A stretch of DNA of 64,000 nucleotides, taken from Bacteroides fragilis. GTDB taxonomy: Bacteria > Pseudomonadota > Alphaproteobacteria > Rs-D84. The notes beneath the pieces were generated by a model. That model ran no database searches and was not told the origin of the DNA. It was given only the letters and a program-made list of their open reading frames with translations. The stretch is from positions 19,190 through 83,189 of the forward strand of contig CAVGNU010000003.1 of NCBI GenBank assembly GCA_963630775.1, read 5' to 3'. Below are positions 18,116-27,167 of the stretch, in pieces; position 1 is the stretch's first letter; each line of letters opens with the position of its first letter. The position numbers and the translations under genes were made by a program.

Positions 18116-18313
18116 ATGAAAAAAATATCTGTGTCTTTATCGGGTCATCACACCAGTATTTCACTGGAAAAAGAATTTGTTGACGCCTTGCATGAAATTG
18201 CCGCTGCGCGCGGCACAACCCCCAGTGGAATTATAAACCAGATTGACCGCGCACGCGGGTCGCGCAATCTGTCATCTGCAATTCGCGTTTGGATTTTGAA
18301 AAACTACAAATAA
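18116..18313 (+). CDS. Ribbon-helix-helix (RHH_4-type) small protein
   Basis: 65 aa. SVSLSGHHTSISLEKEFVDALHEIAAARGTTPSGIINQIDRARGSRNLSSAIRVWIL matches the conserved alphaproteobacterial RHH_4 family (..GH.TS.SLE..F...L..IA...G.S...L...ID..R...NLSSA.R.). Confidence 0.8.
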   Translation: MKKISVSLSGHHTSISLEKEFVDALHEIAAARGTTPSGIINQIDRARGSRNLSSAIRVWILKNYK

Positions 18314-18341
18314 AAATACCGGTGTTTACCGGTATTTTTTG
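18311..18341. terminator. Bidirectional terminator between the RHH gene and ybeY-lnt
   Basis: AAAAA-ATACCGGT-GTTT-ACCGGTAT-TTTTT. 8-bp perfect stem. Confidence 0.8.
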
Positions 18342-20332
18342 TTAAACAGTACTGACATCACACCTGCAAATGCCAATATGATTATCAACCAGCCATTGCG
18401 GCCAATCGCACGATACGGCGTCATATGCGCGCCCCATACAAATCCATCAACCGTGCCAGTAACCCCAATGTCTAACGATGAAATTATTTCACCGTTTGCG
18501 CCAACAAACGCACTAATGCCTGAATAGTTTGCACGAATAACCGGCAATCCACTTTCGATTGCATAACGACGCACCATGTCCAGATGCTGGTATGTCCCAG
18601 GGGTCGCACCAAACCAAGTATCATTTGTAATATTGATAATCGCATTCGGCGTTGTGCCACGCGGTATCAACGAATCTGAAAAAACAATTTCATAACAAAT
18701 TGCCGGCGCAAATGTAAAATCGCCATGCGCGGTATTTACAGTGATTGTGGTCGCACCAGCACCCGCCGTCAAATTTGCCGGCGATGGCAGGATGCCAAAC
18801 GGACTGTATTCACCAAATGGGACAAGGTGCGATTTATTATACACATCACGCACTACGCCGTCTGTGCCGGCCACAATCATTGAATTATACACACCCGATG
18901 CATCAACGTATGTTGCACCAATAATAATCGGTCGTGATAATTGCGATGCCATTTCCAACGTGTCATCTGGTACAATCGCAAACGGATATGTTGTTTCCGG
19001 AAATACAATTAAATCTGGTGCACTGGCGACATCCGCCAACGACACCAAACCACGCACATTTTCAACCGCATGAGCGATTCTGTCATTGCGCGATGAATAT
19101 AAAATCTTGTCCGATTGTGACCGCGCGGGCTGAACAATACGCACCATTACCGCATTGCTGTTTGCGCCCGCGTTTGACAGCGCAATATTACGTGCACCAT
19201 ACACGCCGCCACATACAGCCAGAATCACAAAAATAATCATCGGCAAAAATACTTTGCGATTACGCAAAAATTCAACCACCGCCGTGGCTACCCCCGTCAC
19301 AACAAATGTCAGCCCAAATGCACCCCACAGGGCCATAGAATTTGCAACAACCGGTATCGGCAATGTAATGTTTGCAATCGGATTCCATGGGAAACCAGTA
19401 CATACCCATTCACGCAGCCACAAAACAAGCGTCCAAAATCCAGCAAACACAAACGGACGTGCGGCGGGCGCGACACGCGTGCGGATTGCAAAAACAAACG
19501 GCCACACAAATACAACCGCCCCAAATAACGCCAACCCCAACAACGCTGGCAATGTCCAAATTGCAAATTGCGTTGCCAATTCTGGCACAACATATATTGA
19601 ATGCAGCGTCCACCAGAACATAGACACGCTGTATGCCGCGCCAAACGGTATCGCGCGCAACCACAGACGCCCCACCCCGTCGTGCGCACCCGCCGCGCGA
19701 CACATCAAATAGTACGCCATGCCAATAGAAATGGCGGTCAACCACCACATATTAAATGGTGCAAATCCAAATGATGCCGCCACACCCAGCACCGCCATCG
19801 CACTATATTGCATAATACCATTCTTACGAATCTTGAATTTTTCCAAAAATGCAATCAGCCGACTGCCAACACAACATTTTTCACTGTCGCACGCCGGTGC
19901 GGCGTCGTCCGCATACGGATTTTTATAGCCCAATTTTTTCATAATCTGGATCTCCAACGGTTCCATAACCGCGGCCTGCGCATCTGTAATATGGTCATAG
20001 CCCATCAGGTGCAATGTGCCATGCACCACCATATGCACGGTATGTTCCGCCACAGATATTTTTGCATCCGCCGCCTGACGCGCAACGGTATCAAATGATA
20101 TATATATGTCACCCAGCAACACCGAATCCCCCAGTTCAAATGACAAAACATTTGTCGGTTTATCAATTCCGCGATACTGGCGATTCAATGCATGAATTTC
20201 ATCATCATTGGTCAATGTAATAGAAACCTCTGAGTCCTTGTATGCAGGACCCGCCACCATGCACACGATTTTTTCAAAATCAATTTTATATTTTTTCCAA
20301 CGGTGATCGTTGTAATTTACCCAGACCTTCAT
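18326..20332 (-). CDS. ybeY-lnt: In-frame fusion of endoribonuclease YbeY (aa 1-140) and apolipoprotein N-acyltransferase Lnt (aa ~157-668)
   Basis: N-terminal YbeY motifs TNVLSF and HMVVHGTLHLMGYDH. After a roughly 15-aa linker (ADDAAPACDSEKCCVG) comes a full Lnt with multiple TM helices and the catalytic triad contexts VFPETTYPF (E), YNKSHLVPFGEY (K) and APAICYEIVF (C). There is no stop codon between the two parts. Confidence 0.85.
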   Translation of the reverse strand: MKVWVNYNDHRWKKYKIDFEKIVCMVAGPAYKDSEVSITLTNDDEIHALNRQYRGIDKPTNVLSFELGDSVLLGDIYISFDTVARQAADAKISVAEHTVHMVVHGTLHLMGYDHITDAQAAVMEPLEIQIMKKLGYKNPYADDAAPACDSEKCCVGSRLIAFLEKFKIRKNGIMQYSAMAVLGVAASFGFAPFNMWWLTAISIGMAYYLMCRAAGAHDGVGRLWLRAIPFGAAYSVSMFWWTLHSIYVVPELATQFAIWTLPALLGLALFGAVVFVWPFVFAIRTRVAPAARPFVFAGFWTLVLWLREWVCTGFPWNPIANITLPIPVVANSMALWGAFGLTFVVTGVATAVVEFLRNRKVFLPMIIFVILAVCGGVYGARNIALSNAGANSNAVMVRIVQPARSQSDKILYSSRNDRIAHAVENVRGLVSLADVASAPDLIVFPETTYPFAIVPDDTLEMASQLSRPIIIGATYVDASGVYNSMIVAGTDGVVRDVYNKSHLVPFGEYSPFGILPSPANLTAGAGATTITVNTAHGDFTFAPAICYEIVFSDSLIPRGTTPNAIINITNDTWFGATPGTYQHLDMVRRYAIESGLPVIRANYSGISAFVGANGEIISSLDIGVTGTVDGFVWGAHMTPYRAIGRNGWLIIILAFAGVMSVLFNKKYR

Positions 20333-22266
20333 GCCATATTACCTTTGTGTTCAATTCCGTAAACCAACAAATCGCCGCGCGATTGATTTTGCAATTTTGC
20401 ACGCGCACCAGCGAACGCTATACGTTTATCACGTGACGCGGCCTTGTTCATATTTTCACGTACACGTGTTATATCGCGCTGCACACGACGATTGCCATTT
20501 GCCAATGCCAGTTTATAGTTCGCCAATGCCTTTTGCAGATTCCCCAGTTGTTCATATGCAAATCCGGCATTATAGTACGCCGCCGCATATTGCCCCTTGT
20601 CCCCGATACGATGAACAATTTCACGAACCTGTGCGATGGCATCATCATACATACCCAGTTTATTGTACGTCGCCGCCAAATCGTTGTGCAACAACGCATT
20701 GTTCGGATACAGTAACAACATATTCTTGTATTTTTCCGACGCCGTGACAAAGTCCCCCGCCTTGTACGAAGAAATTGCATCGGCATACAATTCATCGTAT
20801 TCCAAGACATATGTCTTGACCGCGATATTGTCTGTGTTGCCGATTTCTGTATCCAGCGTTGGCACATGGCGGGCAATTTCGCGATTTCCCAATTCACACT
20901 TTCCCCCGCGACACAGTTCCACAATATCCGGCGGCAAATAATCACTAATTTTCTTCCACCGCGCCAACGATAAACCTCTTTTATTTACTGGATTTTCCAG
21001 CCATTTATAAAATTTTGCATACGTATCATGGTTGACACGACGGTTTTCTGAATCAACACCGATAAAGAATGCCTCTTTGTCTGCATCCATGCACCTATAA
21101 AATTCGTACATACCATTTGCCGGACAATCCAACAGCATATTTGGTGTAATCTCACCGGTGAACAGCCCCGCCTCTAACCAGCGTCGCCATTGCACACCAC
21201 GACCACCAGCCAAGAATCCGCCCAGTTTATCGCCCAACGTATTGGCTGTGCCCCCATGCAACCATTGACGCCCAAACGATGTTTCGTCTTTTTCCAGCAC
21301 AGGATACTGGGCAAAGCGTTTCAAAATCAAACTGTCCGGTGTTGCATAACCAAATTCATCAAAATCCGCACGCAATGCCGCAAAACGTTCACGGGTATTT
21401 CTGGCCTTTGGATTTTCAATCAATTTTGAATACGAATTATACACAATCGACCCTGTCCCCAGCGCACGTTCGGTTGTCGAAATATCAACATCTGGCACGG
21501 CCGTGTCATAACAGTACATAATAAAGTACGTTTCGCCCGCCTCCAAATGCCAACGCGCCAGTTCATATGCCTCGTCATTTGTGATTGGTTTTGTTTTTTT
21601 CGTCACGGGCGTTTTATCTTTCAACATCGTTGAACCGAAACCAATCGTCCAAACCCCACGCGAATCTTGGTACGGCACATGCATACCATTGCTGTCAACA
21701 TGAATACCCTCTTTGGCAATCAGGTCTGCAATCAAGAATGGTGTTATACTCTGCATCTTGTCCAGATACGCGGCATACGTTCCACGACGCGCCTCGGTCG
21801 CTTCACGCTCGGCACGCTGTTCTTGGACTGTTTGCACAATGTCCGGCCCATATTTCATTGTGGCCGCGCCCGCCCCTGCCAAGATGGACAGCGCGAAATA
21901 CCATTTCAAATGTGCAACAAAATTCGGATTCTTTTTTCTGAACTTGGACAATTTATTTTCCGTACCGTCTTTGTTCAGTTTTACATCTTTGGCTGCGCCC
22001 GTCTTTTCCATATGACGCAAAATCGCATTGTCAAATGCCGCCACACGCGCCAGCCACAGCATAAATTGCGTACCGCCCGCCGCCAACCATGCCGACCACT
22101 TTGCCGTGCCCAAGGCCGCGATACCGGCAACCGCGCCAGCATTTAATTTGTCGCCATCGGTGCGGGTGCGTACATATTCCACTGGACGCGTTGCGCCAAT
22201 TTTTTTACGTAGTTTTTTTGCGGCCTCTTCGGGACTGCGCACGATTTTTCTGAACTTTTCCGACAT
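20329..22266 (-). CDS. Membrane-anchored GH24 (phage-type) lysozyme domain protein with C-terminal TPR repeats
   Basis: I prefer the Met at 22266 (MSEKFRKIV), 1 nt after the mucR stop. The ORF-track start at 22380 would overlap mucR. It has hydrophobic segments near the N-terminus, the GH24 signature AKEG...PYQDSRGVWTIGFGST (E...D...T), and C-terminal TPR-like repeats (AISSYKAGDF...YNKLGMYDDAI...YEQLGNLQKALANYKLAL). Its stop overlaps the ybeY-lnt start by 4 nt. Confidence 0.75.
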   Translation of the reverse strand: MSEKFRKIVRSPEEAAKKLRKKIGATRPVEYVRTRTDGDKLNAGAVAGIAALGTAKWSAWLAAGGTQFMLWLARVAAFDNAILRHMEKTGAAKDVKLNKDGTENKLSKFRKKNPNFVAHLKWYFALSILAGAGAATMKYGPDIVQTVQEQRAEREATEARRGTYAAYLDKMQSITPFLIADLIAKEGIHVDSNGMHVPYQDSRGVWTIGFGSTMLKDKTPVTKKTKPITNDEAYELARWHLEAGETYFIMYCYDTAVPDVDISTTERALGTGSIVYNSYSKLIENPKARNTRERFAALRADFDEFGYATPDSLILKRFAQYPVLEKDETSFGRQWLHGGTANTLGDKLGGFLAGGRGVQWRRWLEAGLFTGEITPNMLLDCPANGMYEFYRCMDADKEAFFIGVDSENRRVNHDTYAKFYKWLENPVNKRGLSLARWKKISDYLPPDIVELCRGGKCELGNREIARHVPTLDTEIGNTDNIAVKTYVLEYDELYADAISSYKAGDFVTASEKYKNMLLLYPNNALLHNDLAATYNKLGMYDDAIAQVREIVHRIGDKGQYAAAYYNAGFAYEQLGNLQKALANYKLALANGNRRVQRDITRVRENMNKAASRDKRIAFAGARAKLQNQSRGDLLVYGIEHKGNMA

Positions 22267-22267
22267 A

Positions 22268-22684
22268 TTATTTTTCCTGCTTTGATTTTCCCAGACCTGT
22301 CTTCTTAGCAATCTTTGACCGGCGCGATGCATAGTTCGGCGCAACGAATGGATAGTTCGCCGGCAATCCCCACTTTGCACGATACGCGTCTGGTGTCAGG
22401 TTAAATTTGCGACGAACATAGCGACGCAACATGACATGCCATGTGCCATCTTCCAGACATTGAATTTTGTCTGGACGCACGGAATCCGCAATCTGGCGCG
22501 GGGACACTGACGCCCCACGCAATGTTTCGCGCGCAGACGCCACTGCCGACGCCATGGTCAATTCTGGATTTGCCGCCATTGCCGCCGCCGCCAGATTGGC
22601 AACCGCCAATGTAAATTCGGAATTTTTATCATCATTTACCAATTGATAAAACCTCTTTTTTCTAATACAATTATTATACCACAA
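22268..22684 (-). CDS. mucR: Ros/MucR family transcriptional regulator, zinc-ligand-deficient variant
   Basis: The C-terminal IQCLEDGTWHVMLRRYVRRKFNLTPDAYRAKWGLPANYPFVAPNYASRRSKIAKKTGLG aligns with the Ros/MucR domain (CLECG....LKRHL..HH.LTPEEYR.KWGLP.DYPMVAP.Y). Three of the four Zn ligands are substituted. Confidence 0.85.
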   Translation of the reverse strand: MWYNNCIRKKRFYQLVNDDKNSEFTLAVANLAAAAMAANPELTMASAVASARETLRGASVSPRQIADSVRPDKIQCLEDGTWHVMLRRYVRRKFNLTPDAYRAKWGLPANYPFVAPNYASRRSKIAKKTGLGKSKQEK

Positions 22685-22720
22685 AATAAACAGTAAATAA
22701 AATCAAAGTAAAATATAATT

Positions 22721-24004
22721 ATGTCCGACGAAACCAGACCTCTTGCTGATTTAATGCGACCACGCACGATCGATGAAGTTATCGGGCAAGCACAACTGTT
22801 GGGGGAAAATGGGCTGGTGCGTCGCATGGTCGATAATCACAAGCTGTCTAACCTGATTTTGTGGGGCCCCCCGGGGTGTGGCAAAACAACGATTGCGCGC
22901 GCATTGGCAAATTCTGTGGACGTGGATTTTGTACCAATGTCCGCGGTATTTTCCGGCACCGCCGATATAAAAAAGGCGATGGAAACCGCAAAACTAAATC
23001 GTAATTTGGGGCGCAACACTTTACTGTTTATTGACGAAATTCATCGGTTTAATAAGACCCAGCAGGATACGTTATTGCCATATTTAGAAGATGGCACTGT
23101 CGTATTTGTGGGCGCGACCACCGAAAACCCCAGTTTTAATTTGAACAATGCATTACTGTCGCGTTGCCATGTTGGGGTATTGTCGGGATTGTCACACGAT
23201 GATTTAATGGAATTGATAAATCGTGCTGAAAAATTTACAGATAAAAAGTTACCATTGAATGAAGATGCCCGTAATCATCTGGCCGATATTTCTGATGGCG
23301 ATGCGCGATTCTTGCTGAACACAATTGAATACCTGATAAACGCAAATTTCAAAACAGGTCTTGATGCCGATGGGCTGGACGCCGCGATACAAAAGCGCGC
23401 GCCCCTGTCCGATAAATCGGGCGACGAACATTATAACCTGATTTCAGCGGTACATAAATCATTGCGTGCATCAGACACCGATGCCGCACTGTATTGGACG
23501 GCACGCATGATGACATCAGGTCAAGACCCCATGTACCTGTTCCGCCGCTTGGCACGATTTGCAATGGAAGATGTTGGTCTGGCTGATCCAAACGCAATGC
23601 AGGTGGCATTGACCGCATGGCAACTGTACGAACGCATGGGCAGTCCAGAGGGGGACTTGGCCCTGACCGAACTGGTAATTTATTTGGGCACTGCGCCAAA
23701 AAGTATTGGGAATTATCGCGCACAAAATGCGGCGTATGCCGCCGCACGCGCCAGTGGCAGCGTTCCGCCACCAAAGAATATTTTGAATGCCCCGACAAAA
23801 ATGATGAAAAATATGGGATACGGCGCAGGTTATATTTATGACCCCGATACCGCATCTGGATTTTCGGGGCAAAATTGTTTCCCAGAATCCATGCCACGCC
23901 AGAAATTCTATACCCCCGTGGAACGTGGATTTGAACGCGAAATTAAAAAGCGTTTGGATTATTGGGACGCACTGCGCAAAAAGATAAATTCATCAAAAAA
24001 ATAA
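22721..24004 (+). CDS. rarA: Replication-associated recombination protein A (AAA+ ATPase)
   Basis: Walker A GPPGCGKTT, Walker B/sensor FIDEIHRFNKTQQD, and a MgsA C-terminal domain. Confidence 0.93.
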   Translation: MSDETRPLADLMRPRTIDEVIGQAQLLGENGLVRRMVDNHKLSNLILWGPPGCGKTTIARALANSVDVDFVPMSAVFSGTADIKKAMETAKLNRNLGRNTLLFIDEIHRFNKTQQDTLLPYLEDGTVVFVGATTENPSFNLNNALLSRCHVGVLSGLSHDDLMELINRAEKFTDKKLPLNEDARNHLADISDGDARFLLNTIEYLINANFKTGLDADGLDAAIQKRAPLSDKSGDEHYNLISAVHKSLRASDTDAALYWTARMMTSGQDPMYLFRRLARFAMEDVGLADPNAMQVALTAWQLYERMGSPEGDLALTELVIYLGTAPKSIGNYRAQNAAYAAARASGSVPPPKNILNAPTKMMKNMGYGAGYIYDPDTASGFSGQNCFPESMPRQKFYTPVERGFEREIKKRLDYWDALRKKINSSKK

Positions 24005-24006
24005 AT

Positions 24007-24993
24007 TTACCGCACATGATTCATGCCAGTTGCCAACGCGTCCAGCATTTTGCGCACGCCCGCGACATTATCAGTTGACGCCGCACGCGTACCAACGTCC
24101 GCACGCCTTATCAATTTAGATAACACAGCCCCTGGTCCCAATTCATATGATTGCGTAATTGAATACGTCGGAAATTTTTCCATAATTTCCAACCAGCGCA
24201 CACCATGCGTCATCTGGTCGGCCAACGCATCACGAACGTCCATCGGATTGGACATAAATGCCGCGGTCTGATTTGAAAACCAATTTGTCTTTGGCGCGTC
24301 CACCGGCGTCACGGCCAGTTGTGCGCGCAGCATACGTCCCGCATCACGCATCAATTCACAGTGTGCCGGCACAGACACATTCAGCCGTCGCGCCAACCGC
24401 GCACCAGCGTTTGATGCCGCACGTAACACCACGTCCAATGCATCGTTTTGACCACTGATAATAAATTGATCACGCGCATTATGATTTGATATTGCGGCAT
24501 ACCCATGACCATTTGCCGCCATCAAACAATTTTCCACAGCCGCACGATCCAATCCAACAATGCAGCCCATTCCGCCACCTGATTTGTCCGTCATGGACAT
24601 ATACGAACTGCGCGCGGACAGCAACCGCACCGCGTCTGCAAACGACAGCGCGCCAACACAATGCAATGCCGAATATTGCCCCATTGAATGACCCGCCATG
24701 GCGTACCCCACCTGATACAGCGGGCGGCCAAATTCCGCCTCTATTATTCTAGCAATCGCAACCGAATGCGCAAATGTCCCCAGTGATGTATTTTCTGGCT
24801 TGTTCAATTCGGATTCCGGCCCATTAAAACAAATGTCAGCAATGTCGCGATGCGCAATGTCTGAAACCTGTTGAAACGTATAACGCGCCACAGCAAATTC
24901 ATGAAATAACTCTTTGCCCATACCAACATACTGCGCGCCCTGCCCTGGGAAAACAAAAATAACTTTTTCTTGCATATTCAAAATATAGACCAA
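24007..24993 (-). CDS. fabD: Malonyl-CoA:ACP transacylase
   Basis: FPGQGAQYVGMG and the active-site GHSMGQYSAL. Confidence 0.93.
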   Translation of the reverse strand: MVYILNMQEKVIFVFPGQGAQYVGMGKELFHEFAVARYTFQQVSDIAHRDIADICFNGPESELNKPENTSLGTFAHSVAIARIIEAEFGRPLYQVGYAMAGHSMGQYSALHCVGALSFADAVRLLSARSSYMSMTDKSGGGMGCIVGLDRAAVENCLMAANGHGYAAISNHNARDQFIISGQNDALDVVLRAASNAGARLARRLNVSVPAHCELMRDAGRMLRAQLAVTPVDAPKTNWFSNQTAAFMSNPMDVRDALADQMTHGVRWLEIMEKFPTYSITQSYELGPGAVLSKLIRRADVGTRAASTDNVAGVRKMLDALATGMNHVR

Positions 24994-25056
24994 AAATAAA
25001 AATTGTCAACGCGGATAATAAGAAAAAGCCCCCGCATTCGTGCAGGGGAAAATTTA

Positions 25057-25779
25057 TCAGAACAAAATATTTATTTGCGCACCGACCTGAAAATCTTCGC
25101 TTTCAAATTCATAGTCAACATGCCCTATGTACTGCGTACGGCCATATTGGCGAACAAACTTGCCCCCAAGCCATTCTTGGTCATAGTCCGGATTTGTCGC
25201 CTTGCGCCATGTGAAATCAAAGCCCAAACGCATATCAGGATCCAAGCGGAAATAAACCTCTGGCGTCATGTCGATGTACGACATACCGCGGGTATCGTCA
25301 AAAATCCAATTTGATTTCACCGTTGCCGCCAATGTCACACCCGACCACTGGCGCCCAAACCGCAATCCAGCATAATATGTAGAATCCGCAAAATACGGTG
25401 TGCGCACATGCGATGAACCGCCAAACTTTAACCCAAACAGAACGTCTGATATCATTTGTGCATCATTATCAGAACCATTTGACATACGATACGCCCCACC
25501 AACATCAATCGCGGAAAATCCATCTTCGTCGCCATCAAAATCAATCTGATAATGTACATTTGCACCAATCGTTAAACGATCATTCATACCATACGAAACC
25601 GATTGCCCCGCACGTAATACATTGTCCCAAAACGTCAATGTTGTCTGGGACAGTGTCTCTTCGATACCCAGCATATACAGCGGATCAGACGTATCACGTG
25701 CCAAAGCATCATCTGCACGTGCACCACCCGCCACAACAAAAATCCCAATCAACCCGAACAGTAACTTGCGCATAACCAC
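25057..25779 (-). CDS. Small outer-membrane beta-barrel protein
   Basis: Signal peptide MRKLLFGLIGIFVVAGGARA, alternating hydrophobic beta-strand pattern, and a C-terminal aromatic residue (..AQINILF). Confidence 0.7.
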   Translation of the reverse strand: MVMRKLLFGLIGIFVVAGGARADDALARDTSDPLYMLGIEETLSQTTLTFWDNVLRAGQSVSYGMNDRLTIGANVHYQIDFDGDEDGFSAIDVGGAYRMSNGSDNDAQMISDVLFGLKFGGSSHVRTPYFADSTYYAGLRFGRQWSGVTLAATVKSNWIFDDTRGMSYIDMTPEVYFRLDPDMRLGFDFTWRKATNPDYDQEWLGGKFVRQYGRTQYIGHVDYEFESEDFQVGAQINILF

Positions 25780-25849
25780 ACCCCCACATTTGCAAAATTA
25801 TCGGCTGGCGCGATTTCACCACGCACCAGCCAAATATTTTCACCAGATA

Positions 25850-27088
25850 TTAAAACTGGAAAATCGCTTGCAGACCAACGGTTGTTTCTTTGTAATCGTT
25901 GATGTCTGCGTCGCCGTGCTTTACCCAACTGTCTTGATATACGCCACTGGACGTTTCTGCACCGTACACATAGTAATCCAATTTTTTATCATCGGCACTG
26001 TCATAGACGGCCATCTTGGCATACAGGTTCAGCGCAAACCAATCATTTGGCTGCCACTCCAACGCCGCCTTTAACGACGCCTGATTATGCCAGTCATATG
26101 TACCAAAGATACCCTCTAAATTAAATGTCCAATCTTCGTCCAACACACTGAACACGCCCAATCCGCCTTCGAAATAGAATGCGTTGCTGACGTCTGTCTT
26201 GTATGCCAAGAACAATGATTGTTCGTGACCGGATTCATTCTTGCCTTCGATACCATTACCATAAGAATTGCCATCAAAGTCAACATACCAACCACGTGCC
26301 AAACCATAGATTGTCGAACGTGCAACCTTGTACCCCGCCTTGATATCCAAGATGACGTTGTCCGAAATATCTTTCTGGTGCTGATAATATGCAGACGCCG
26401 TTGCAATCCATTTATCATTATCAACAAAGCGCCACTGGCCACCCAGACCGAACACGTTCAAATCATTGTCGTCCATTTCATCATCTGGCGCGGTCGTCCA
26501 ATCAAATTTGTATTTTGCAGAATCATAACGCAGCATACCCAACACCGCGATACGATCGGTTATACCATAACTGAAATCTTCTTTGACAGAAAACTGCTTG
26601 GTGTGCCATGTCGCCTTGGGATCAGAAATTGAAAATCCTGTCACAGGTGTCAGATTGATTTTATAAGAATTGTCTGTGTACGACAAATCTGTCACCGAAC
26701 CAAACTTGCCCCCCAATGGCTGAAAGAATGGGTGCGCCAAATAATATTTGCGTTGCAGTTCTGTGCGCAATGTTTCCGCGCGTGATGTACGAACCGTTGT
26801 TGTCTGGGACGTGCGACCAGAATCATATTGTTTATACAACGCGCTGCGGCTGGCCGGCTGTGTATAGTACAGGTTTTTGCCATCGTTTGAATTATACGTA
26901 CGTGTTGTTGTACGAGTTTGATATTTTTGATAGTTCACATTTGTACGCTCGCGCGTGGCGGGCTGTGACGATAAATCCACACTGGACGCGGCACGCGTAC
27001 CGCTGTTTGTGGCGGCCACCGCCGTATTCAGCCCCAGCACCGCCGCCACCAAAATAAACCAAGACATTTGTTTCTTCATAATAAACAT
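25850..27088 (-). CDS. Outer-membrane beta-barrel (porin-like) protein with T/R/Q/Y-rich N-terminal extension
   Basis: Signal peptide (MKKQMSWFILVAAVLGLNTAVAA), roughly 95-aa low-complexity region, then beta-strand periodicity ending in ..GLQAIFQF. Confidence 0.65.
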   Translation of the reverse strand: MFIMKKQMSWFILVAAVLGLNTAVAATNSGTRAASSVDLSSQPATRERTNVNYQKYQTRTTTRTYNSNDGKNLYYTQPASRSALYKQYDSGRTSQTTTVRTSRAETLRTELQRKYYLAHPFFQPLGGKFGSVTDLSYTDNSYKINLTPVTGFSISDPKATWHTKQFSVKEDFSYGITDRIAVLGMLRYDSAKYKFDWTTAPDDEMDDNDLNVFGLGGQWRFVDNDKWIATASAYYQHQKDISDNVILDIKAGYKVARSTIYGLARGWYVDFDGNSYGNGIEGKNESGHEQSLFLAYKTDVSNAFYFEGGLGVFSVLDEDWTFNLEGIFGTYDWHNQASLKAALEWQPNDWFALNLYAKMAVYDSADDKKLDYYVYGAETSSGVYQDSWVKHGDADINDYKETTVGLQAIFQF

Positions 27089-27126
27089 CTCCCTTTGAGT
27101 ATAATTATACCATAATCAGGCCATAT

Positions 27127-27163
27127 AAAAAAGAACAAAAAACACCGGCGTTCGCCAGTGTTT
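27127..27163 (-). terminator. Rho-independent terminator of ftsK
   Basis: Minus strand reads ACACTGGCG-AA-CGCCGGTGT-TTTTTGTTCTTTTTT. Confidence 0.75.
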
Positions 27164-27167
27164 TTTA

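Noticed and set aside
20329-22380. Prophage remnant suggested by the phage-type lysozyme domain, and the longer ORF start at 22380.
   Set aside because: No other phage genes, att-like repeats or integrase are nearby, and the gene is embedded in an operon with mucR and ybeY-lnt. The 22380 start would overlap mucR by 113 nt, whereas the Met at 22266 abuts its stop.
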